Positions 41,274 through 46,787 of a stretch of 46,787 nucleotides of DNA are shown in pieces. Source of the DNA: a virus. Positions within the stretch are counted from its first letter, which is position 1; every line of letters begins with the position of its first letter. The DNA is taken from positions 1-46,787 of the IMG/VR virus record IMGVR_UViG_3300009709_000007. One strand, written 5' to 3'. The notes under the pieces were generated by a model. It was not told the DNA's origin, searched no databases, and worked only from the letters and a program-made list of their open reading frames with translations. The translations under genes were made by a program, and so were the position numbers.

Positions 41274-41533
41274 ATTACACAGACCAGCTCGCACGTCGTA
41301 CCGTCATTCTGTTGATGTTGCTGACGCTCGCCAACCTATGGGCGTCCTACAAGACGGCAGAAAATGTCCACGCTATGCGGGACATGATGGAGAAGCAAGT
41401 CGCCGCCACGGCGGCTACCGCGCAGCAAGCAAAGGTGGCTTCATCGACCATTAATGAGGCAGCACAATCCTTGTGCGCCTCATCCCACGTCGATTGCAAA
41501 GCGACTAGCGAGCCGCCGCGAAAGCCGCAGTGA
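41270..41533 (+). CDS. Membrane-anchored small protein (possible antiholin/holin partner)
   Basis: 87 aa with an N-terminal TM segment TVILLMLLTLANLW. It is ATGA-coupled to the holin candidate, and its 3' end overlaps the endolysin 3' end by 29 bp. Confidence 0.4.
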   Translation: MNYTDQLARRTVILLMLLTLANLWASYKTAENVHAMRDMMEKQVAATAATAQQAKVASSTINEAAQSLCASSHVDCKATSEPPRKPQ

Positions 41534-42215
41534 GCTTCGTGTCGTAACCCTGCTGGGCCGGACCGTTGTATAGCTTGGCTACCGTCAACCAGTCGTGAGC
41601 GTTGATCGCGGCCTTGAGTCCGGCCTTGGTCACGATGAACGCAGCCATCTGCTCAAGCTGCTTGCTTTCACAGCGGCCTGCGCGAAGCATCATCAACTGC
41701 GGGCTTTGCTCACCGATGGTTTGCCAGTTGTCGCCCATGACCTGCCCCAAGCCCCACGACACCGAGCGGATCGCCAGGTCAAGATCGACCGCGGCGACGA
41801 TCTCGAACCGATCCCACTGGTTCGCACCCGGCGCGCCATACCCGCCCGCCGTGGGGTAGCACACCGTCGCCGGCAGCGCAGCGCGCTGCTTAGGCGTAGC
41901 AAGCCGGTAGACGTAGTGGCGCTCAAGCAGGATCTTCGGGCGGCCATCATCCAGAAAGCCGCTACCCGAGGTTTCTACCTCGATGATCGCCTGGAAGGCG
42001 AGCGGATCAAGACCGAACTCCTTCGCCACGACTTTGACCGCATCCGGCGTGCGCCACGTCATCGCCCGATTGGTGATCGGGCCGTAAATGCCGTCCGCTT
42101 TCAGGCCGTGAGCCTGCTGCCACGCGGTGATGGCCTGCGCAAGCGAAGGCGTCTCCTTGCCCGTTGCGGGCAACCCTAGGCGATTCTGAAGGAAGGCCAG
42201 AGACCGCGGGTTCAC
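41505..42215 (-). CDS. Endolysin: peptidoglycan-binding domain plus N-acetylmuramidase-like domain
   Basis: The PG_binding_1-like segment is GLPATGKETPSLAQAITAWQQAHGLKADGIYGPIT. The catalytic-like region is EVETSGSGF...SWGLGQVMG...YNGPAQQGYDTKL (PF11860-like by recall). Confidence 0.85.
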   Translation of the reverse strand: MNPRSLAFLQNRLGLPATGKETPSLAQAITAWQQAHGLKADGIYGPITNRAMTWRTPDAVKVVAKEFGLDPLAFQAIIEVETSGSGFLDDGRPKILLERHYVYRLATPKQRAALPATVCYPTAGGYGAPGANQWDRFEIVAAVDLDLAIRSVSWGLGQVMGDNWQTIGEQSPQLMMLRAGRCESKQLEQMAAFIVTKAGLKAAINAHDWLTVAKLYNGPAQQGYDTKLTAAFAAAR

Positions 42216-42628
42216 GCCTGCGCCTCGGGCTTCTGGAAGGCCTCCTGCGCGGCGTCCACAACCGCCTCCACGCCATGCTCGACTGCCTGGGCGTTGTTAG
42301 CCGGGCCACCGGCCAGAACGTCATCCACGGCCAGCACAGCCTGCTCGGCAGCCGGCTGGAACTTCGCTGGAAGGTGAGCACGGGCGAAGGCGATCAGCAG
42401 CGCAGCCATGCCGGTTTGGTAGGCGGCCAGGGCGTGGTCTGCGTAGTTCGGGACGCCGCCGTTATTGCCTTGTGCCTGAGCCGCGGCGATGGCCGCCTGT
42501 TCACTTGCGCCGCGGTTTACTTCGGCACCGGCTGCGGCGAGCTTGGTGGTCAAGACGTTGAGTTCCACCTCGGCGCCAGCGTGAAGATCGGCAAGGGCGT
42601 CGGGCTTGATGTCGTTCGTGTCGGTCAT
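42212..42628 (-). CDS. Hypothetical Ala-rich protein
   Basis: 138 aa from ATG 42628, which overlaps the o-spanin stop as ATGA. Confidence 0.45.
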   Translation of the reverse strand: MTDTNDIKPDALADLHAGAEVELNVLTTKLAAAGAEVNRGASEQAAIAAAQAQGNNGGVPNYADHALAAYQTGMAALLIAFARAHLPAKFQPAAEQAVLAVDDVLAGGPANNAQAVEHGVEAVVDAAQEAFQKPEAQA

Positions 42629-42939
42629 GGCTTCTTCTCGGTAGGAGGGCCGCACAACGCGTCCCATTTGTCGATGTAGGCGCTAATGGCCTCGCGGGTT
42701 GCCAGTGTATCCTGCCGGCTCGCCTGCAAGCGAGGGAGGGCCGTGCAGCCCGTCACGATGACCTGCGGCACACGAGACGGCTTCGGCGGCGATGTGCAAG
42801 CTACAAGGGCAATCGCCGTGACGGCCAGCCACAGCGGGGATGATATCCATACCCACGCACCGCCCGCGCGATAGTTCACAAGTCCGGGAAAGTCAGTCAC
42901 GGAGGCCACCCTTTCGCGCAAGTTCGGCATTGATAGCAT
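42625..42939 (-). CDS. o-spanin (Rz1-like outer-membrane lipoprotein)
   Basis: Lipobox ALVAC followed by the Pro-rich mature region TSPPKPSRVPQ. The start (ATG 42939 or 42930) lies inside the 3' end of the i-spanin gene in another frame. Confidence 0.65.
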   Translation of the reverse strand: MLSMPNLRERVASVTDFPGLVNYRAGGAWVWISSPLWLAVTAIALVACTSPPKPSRVPQVIVTGCTALPRLQASRQDTLATREAISAYIDKWDALCGPPTEKKP

Positions 42940-43195
42940 CGTCCCCCTGAGCGGCGATAGACGCCGCACGGGCGTCGGCCTGGACGGCGACGGCGCGTGC
43001 GGAGGCCTCGGCCTGCTGAACGGCCGCAGCGGACTCCGCAGCGACGTCCTGACGCGTCTGGGTAGCGGTGTCGGCCTTGGCTTGTGCAACTGCCTTAGCG
43101 CCCTGCTGCTTGGTCCACCAGCGCGTGACGAAGGCGGCCAGGATGCCGCCGATGGCGATCAGGTAGGGCCAGACGGCGGTCAGGATTGCGGTCAT
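42893..43195 (-). CDS. i-spanin (Rz-like)
   Basis: 100 aa with an N-terminal TM segment LTAVWPYLIAIGGILAAFV followed by an Ala/Gln-rich coiled-coil-like region. It overlaps the Rz1-like ORF. Confidence 0.65.
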   Translation of the reverse strand: MTAILTAVWPYLIAIGGILAAFVTRWWTKQQGAKAVAQAKADTATQTRQDVAAESAAAVQQAEASARAVAVQADARAASIAAQGDDAINAELARKGGLRD

Positions 43196-43446
43196 GCGAG
43201 CGCCCTCTTGTCTCGTTCGGCCATAAAACGATCGAGTAACCCGTGGGCACGATCCATATCCGTGATGAATTTGATGGCGGCCAGTGCCGAGGCGTAGGCG
43301 ATTTCGCGATCAAAGCGAGACGTGTCGGCCAAACCGCTGCCGCTTGTTTGGGCTTCCGTCAGGACCTCGCCAGAGGTGCGATCGACTTCCTGGAGCGTGA
43401 GTTGCACTCGGAACTCACGATCAGCCCGTTCAGTAATATCGTTCAT
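43192..43446 (-). CDS. Hypothetical protein
   Basis: 84 aa, ATGA-coupled at both ends. Confidence 0.5.
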   Translation of the reverse strand: MNDITERADREFRVQLTLQEVDRTSGEVLTEAQTSGSGLADTSRFDREIAYASALAAIKFITDMDRAHGLLDRFMAERDKRALA

Positions 43447-43823
43447 GTGGATATCTCGGTGATAGTGACAACGGCTAGGCCGTTGGGGTGATCGGGCAGG
43501 TGCCCGCGGCGGTAGACGTGGAGCTCATCGATTTGCGCGTCGTCCCGCCAAATGCGCTGCTTGGTCAAGGCGTCGCAGGTGATTTTCTCGCGGTTTGCCG
43601 CATCATACCCCCGCACGTCCAGCTTGTGGGGCGGGTGCAGGTCCATGGTGAAGCTGACCCATCCAGTGATCGGATCGACCGGTAGGCCGACCAGTACATT
43701 GTTCACGCGCTTGTGGAACGATCTCGCCTCGGCTGATAACAGTATGCGGGAGTTGACTGCGCGCCAGATGCGATTAAGCGATGGCGGCCAAGGCAGCGCG
43801 AGTTTAAGCGTTCGCAGAGTCAT
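43443..43823 (-). CDS. rusA: RusA-like Holliday junction resolvase
   Basis: LPWPPSLNRIWR at the N-terminus and DAANREKITCDALTKQRIWRDDAQIDEL match the RusA signature (D..N..K...DAL....DD.QI). Confidence 0.8.
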   Translation of the reverse strand: MTLRTLKLALPWPPSLNRIWRAVNSRILLSAEARSFHKRVNNVLVGLPVDPITGWVSFTMDLHPPHKLDVRGYDAANREKITCDALTKQRIWRDDAQIDELHVYRRGHLPDHPNGLAVVTITEIST

Positions 43824-43987
43824 AACTCTTGCTCCCGGTCTTCCATCTCGGTAATCGCGACCGACAGCTTGTCACGCAGTGCCTTGGCCGAGGCCAGTTC
43901 CATACGCTGGTGACGACCGCCGACGAACACCCACACGTGGCCGTCGATGACGGCCACCTCGGGTCGCTTGGTGCACAAGCCTGTCAT
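43820..43987 (-). CDS. Hypothetical small protein
   Basis: Hand-translated 55-aa ORF: MTGLCTKRPEVAVIDGHVWVFVGGRHQRMELASAKALRDKLSVAITEMEDREQEL. ATGA overlaps at both ends. Confidence 0.45.
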   Translation of the reverse strand: MTGLCTKRPEVAVIDGHVWVFVGGRHQRMELASAKALRDKLSVAITEMEDREQEL

Positions 43988-44244
43988 GCCAGGAACCCAA
44001 GCCAGTGTTCGCGGTAATCGCTCAGATATCTACCGCCGCGCAACGCGAACCGGTGCAGGCGATAGGTCAGCGTCGTAGTCGTTTGCACCGGCGAATCGGC
44101 GTCCCAATAGCGCAACGGGCCAGCGTCTCGCAATTGGCCTACTTGGACGAGGAAGCCGTCCTGACGCTCGATGGTGAGTACTTTGCGCTGGAGCGCCAGC
44201 GGCCCGTCCATGAAGGTGACGGTGGTTGCGATGGGCTCGCTCAT
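43984..44244 (-). CDS. Hypothetical protein
   Basis: 86 aa from ATG 44244 (MSEPIATTV). The longer track ORF (to 44568) has an Arg/Pro-rich N-terminus that overlaps the SSB gene and is likely spurious. Confidence 0.5.
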   Translation of the reverse strand: MSEPIATTVTFMDGPLALQRKVLTIERQDGFLVQVGQLRDAGPLRYWDADSPVQTTTTLTYRLHRFALRGGRYLSDYREHWLGFLA

Positions 44245-44339
44245 GGGCCGCGGTCCTCCAGGAACAATCCGATCAGCGCCCGGACCAGCAGCACGGGGAC
44301 GGCCAGCACGAGCAGCAGCGCGATGCCAAGGGTTTTCAT
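44241..44339 (-). CDS. Possible 32-aa membrane peptide
   Basis: MKTLGIALLLVLAVPVLLVRALIGLFLEDRGP. aggacc lies upstream, and it has an ATGA overlap with the next gene. Too short to verify. Confidence 0.3.
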   Translation of the reverse strand: MKTLGIALLLVLAVPVLLVRALIGLFLEDRGP

Positions 44340-44355
44340 AGGTGTGGTCCTGTGG

Positions 44356-44383
44356 ATAGAGAAAGGGCGCCCGAAGGCGCCCT
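44356..44383 (-). terminator. Rho-independent terminator after the SSB gene
   Basis: Stem agggcgcc, loop cgaa, stem ggcgccct. On the minus strand it is followed by tttctct. Confidence 0.65.
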
Positions 44384-44389
44384 TGTGGA

Positions 44390-45082
44390 TCAGCCGAACG
44401 GGTTATCCGCGCCAGCGCCGGACTGCTGGAAGGGGTTGTCGGTCTTTGGCGCACCCACCGTACCATCCGCCACGATGGCCGTGGTGGCCGTACCCGCAAC
44501 AACCGTGTTGCCGAACGGGTTGTCCTGGCCGCTGCTGGCCTTGCCCGTCTGGTCCGGGGCAGACGCATCGGCGTACTGCGCGAAGGCGTTGGTCACGACC
44601 GCCTCGGTGCCGATGTTCATGCGCTCACCGTCGCCGGCGTCCATGACGCCCGTCAGGTTGAACGACACGCCGTTCTTCTTGTCGTAGGTCCACGCGAAGG
44701 CGGACAGGATGACGCGCACGCGGCGCCCCGGGTAGAACGCGGCCTTGATCGCAGCCTTGTGCGTTTCCTGGTCCAGGCGGTCGCCGTTGCGGGCGATGAC
44801 GGCCGGAGCGAACTGCGTGCTGGCGCGCACGACGAGCCAGTCATCCGGGATACCCGGGATCGGCGATTCGGTCCTGGCGTTGGGCTTGACACCCATCTGA
44901 AGGCCGGTGGTGTTGCCACCCGGCGCGACGGACTTCACGAGTTCGAGAAGGTCGCTGCCGGCTTCCGGCGGAAATGCCACCTTGGCGTAGAACTGGAGCG
45001 GGTTGCCGGGTTTCTTCTTGTTCGGCGTGGCCTCGGCGAGCGAGGAGTGGGTCAGAATCGCGAGATGGTCTTGCAGTGCCAT
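44390..45082 (-). CDS. ssDNA-binding protein (DUF2815-like)
   Basis: 230 aa with a Gly/Ala/Thr-rich flexible C-terminus ending in repeated DNPF(G/Q) motifs. It is paired with a DUF2800-like nuclease, as in PolA/VirE phage modules (recall). Confidence 0.65.
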   Translation of the reverse strand: MALQDHLAILTHSSLAEATPNKKKPGNPLQFYAKVAFPPEAGSDLLELVKSVAPGGNTTGLQMGVKPNARTESPIPGIPDDWLVVRASTQFAPAVIARNGDRLDQETHKAAIKAAFYPGRRVRVILSAFAWTYDKKNGVSFNLTGVMDAGDGERMNIGTEAVVTNAFAQYADASAPDQTGKASSGQDNPFGNTVVAGTATTAIVADGTVGAPKTDNPFQQSGAGADNPFG

Positions 45083-45252
45083 AGTGTTTGCCTTTTGGTT
45101 GATAGATCAGTTAGTTAAGTTGGATCGATCCGAAAACTGAGCATCTAGTCATTAGGGCGGTGATGATCCGCGTATCGCTTCGGCAGCGTCGTCCAGCAGA
45201 CGTCTTCCCTCGTAGAGCTATCCGTGCACCGCAGTGCAATCGATCCGTCGTT

Positions 45253-45281
45253 ATCTTGTCGGAATTGAATCGTCGCGTCAA
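45253..45281 (-). promoter_or_regulatory. Candidate promoter for the SSB gene
   Basis: The reverse complement reads TTGACG-cgacgattcaattccga(17)-CAAGAT. It overlaps the nuclease stop codon and would give a leader of about 160 nt. Confidence 0.35.
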
Positions 45282-46471
45282 GACTTATTCGCGTACTTTT
45301 CGAAGATCAGCGCAACGTCGCCCGGGTTGGACTTCGTGACGGCAGTGATCGTCTGCGACGACGCCGAGCGCTTGACCAGTGAGTCCCGCACCTCGGCAGG
45401 AATGGCATGTAAGGCGTCGGAAAGCGCGCAGGCGCGCAGCAGATCGGTGCGGCCAAGGGCTAGAAGGGTCAGGCCTGCATCCTTGTCGTTGATCCACATC
45501 TGGCGCCCCTGGGACGTCTTCAGGGTCAGTCCGGCATGGCCGGTCTTGACCAAGGCGGCTACGCGTTCCTCAATGTCCTCCTGGAAGTTCTTGAAGGCCG
45601 TGCGCATCGACCACAGGGTGACTACCTCGTCGTCGGTCATGTCGTGCAGGCTCGTCGGCTCGGCGTAGGCCTTCAGCGCGGCGGCGGCGAACTGGTTGAC
45701 CACGCCGCAGCGCGCCTTGGCTCGGCAGTAGCGACAATGGTCGCCCGGCACAGGTGTCGTGTGGTTCGGGTCGCTGGCTGTGGCCCGATCGACATGATCC
45801 GCTTCAATGGCGAGCCGGCCGCGCGCGTCCTCTAGCCAGGTCCCAGGCAGTTCCAGCACTACACCCGGCGTGCCGATGTGGCAGCGGGGCTGGTACACGG
45901 CGAGCAACACGCGCTCGGGCGTGAGGCCCGTCTGCTCGATAGCAGCGATGGCGTAGGCCTCAAGCTGCTTGTTCGGCGACTCGACAGTCCCGACGTCCAC
46001 GCTGGCGAACCCGTACTTGTAGTCCACCACAATCAGCGTCTTGGTGCTGGCGATCCAGATCAGGCAATCAGCCGTACCGAACAGTTGATCGTGAATGGAC
46101 GGCGCGGCCACCTTGTGCTCGACCGTGACAAAAGCATCGGCCGCCGACCCGATCAGCCCGATGATGAAGTCCCGGTAGCCCATGCCATGCCGGCGCAGGT
46201 CGGCGTCCCATTCTTCGAGCGTCTGCCCTTTGGGATCGAAGCCCTCCGGGAAGGCTTTGCGCGGCGGCACGTCTCCACGCTGGTGCCCCGGGAGCCGAAA
46301 GTGCTGCTTGACGTAGAACTCGGCGACCTCGTGGGCCTCCGTCCCTTCCGCTGCCGCAGGTGACGGCTTGTCGGGCATTCCTGCACTAAGGGGTACAGAA
46401 ACGGGGCATATCGCCCAACGTGCGCGTGACGAAAACGAGAGCTGGGAGTGGGTCGGTGCGGGATGGGTCAT
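45278..46471 (-). CDS. PD-(D/E)XK nuclease, DUF2800/Cas4-like
   Basis: 397 aa. GTADCLIW...VVDYKYG matches a D...(D/E)xK core. The C-terminal Cys cluster is CRYCRAKARC. It is the first gene of module 4. Confidence 0.75.
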   Translation of the reverse strand: MTHPAPTHSQLSFSSRARWAICPVSVPLSAGMPDKPSPAAAEGTEAHEVAEFYVKQHFRLPGHQRGDVPPRKAFPEGFDPKGQTLEEWDADLRRHGMGYRDFIIGLIGSAADAFVTVEHKVAAPSIHDQLFGTADCLIWIASTKTLIVVDYKYGFASVDVGTVESPNKQLEAYAIAAIEQTGLTPERVLLAVYQPRCHIGTPGVVLELPGTWLEDARGRLAIEADHVDRATASDPNHTTPVPGDHCRYCRAKARCGVVNQFAAAALKAYAEPTSLHDMTDDEVVTLWSMRTAFKNFQEDIEERVAALVKTGHAGLTLKTSQGRQMWINDKDAGLTLLALGRTDLLRACALSDALHAIPAEVRDSLVKRSASSQTITAVTKSNPGDVALIFEKYANKS

Positions 46472-46512
46472 AGGGATGGCCTGTTTATGGTTATAGAGAT
46501 CGCCGTATGCGT

Positions 46513-46541
46513 AGTGTACTCGTTCCTTATCGTCTCGTCAA
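46513..46541 (-). promoter_or_regulatory. Sigma70-like leftward promoter of module 4
   Basis: The reverse complement reads TTGACG-agacgataaggaacgag(17)-TACACT. The -35 lies in the divergent left edge of the AT-rich element. Confidence 0.55.
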
Positions 46542-46785
46542 TCATGAATCGCCATCTTAGCACCTTCTTGACCAAATCTTTAGGAAAGACAGAGGAACAG
46601 AGGATATTTTCTACTTTCTTATATTTAATATATTTCTATAAATAGTAGTGTAGGGATAGATATTTATATATACAGGTGTTTTCGCATATAGAGAAAAGTT
46701 TGAAGAATCGTCATCTGTCCTCTGTTCGTCTGTTCGTCTGTTACATTTGAAACTAATTCAAACACGCGTTTGAGACCAAAGTAGT
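46531..46785. repeat. AT-rich junction element, copy 2 (255 bp; its right half is repeated as bases 1-121)
   Basis: Gap-free alignment to 29505-29761 at offset 17026, changing to 17024 after a (TA)4 versus (TA)5 difference. The last ~220 bp are otherwise identical. Confidence 0.95.
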
Positions 46786-46787
46786 GA

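Noticed and set aside
43984-44568. 194-aa minus ORF extending from 44244 up to 44568
   Set aside because: The N-terminal 108 residues are Arg/Pro/Ala-rich and overlap the SSB gene 3' end, a terminator and a small ORF. A good ATG at 44244 begins the non-biased part.
1-46787. Lysogeny module, tRNA genes, reverse transcriptase/DGR or retron, toxin-antitoxin pairs, phage-encoded RNA polymerase
   Set aside because: I found no integrase, recombinase, CI/Cro-like pair, RT motif (YxDD) or RNAP-sized ORF in any frame. No cloverleaf-like sequence stood out in the few intergenic regions. Absence is judged by eye only and should be confirmed with tRNAscan-SE and HMM searches.

Overview
The window appears to be a complete genome of a high-GC tailed phage. 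Bases 1-123 are identical to 46665-46787, so the unique length is 46,664 bp. The virion gene set is of the contractile-tail type: sheath-like, tube, tape measure, and V/J-like baseplate genes. I recognised no integrase or repressor, so the phage is probably virulent. From memory, the layout resembles the Bcep781/OP2-like myophages of Burkholderia/Xanthomonas, but I could not run a search to confirm this.

Genes fall into four alternating-strand modules:
- (1) 154-17570 (+): terminase, portal, head, neck, sheath and tube.
- (2) 17627-29439 (-): replication genes, namely family A DNA polymerase, SF2 helicase, DNA methyltransferase and a VirE-type primase/helicase.
- (3) 29796-41533 (+): tail assembly, tape measure, baseplate, fibre and holin.
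- (4) 41505-46471 (-): endolysin, spanins, RusA, a DUF2815-like SSB and a PD-(D/E)XK nuclease.

The most unusual feature is a ~255-bp, ~32% GC element present in near-identical copies at both junctions where a minus module and a plus module diverge (29505-29761, and 46531-46785 wrapping to 1-121). Each copy has inverted 8-mer iterons around an AT core and a conserved dyad.

Other notable features:
- A family of sigma70-like promoters shares a conserved spacer dyad (TTACC-N4-GGTAA). These promoters drive accessory cassettes, several of them antisense inside the late structural operon.
- One accessory protein carries about 22 tandem SAAX tetrapeptide repeats.
- Three operon-first genes have leaderless-type promoter geometry.
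- Two homing endonucleases are present, a GIY-YIG enzyme between terS and terL and an HNH enzyme among the neck genes.
- The lysis cassette is split across strands.

All functional calls rest on motifs read in the translations and on gene order. No database searches were possible.
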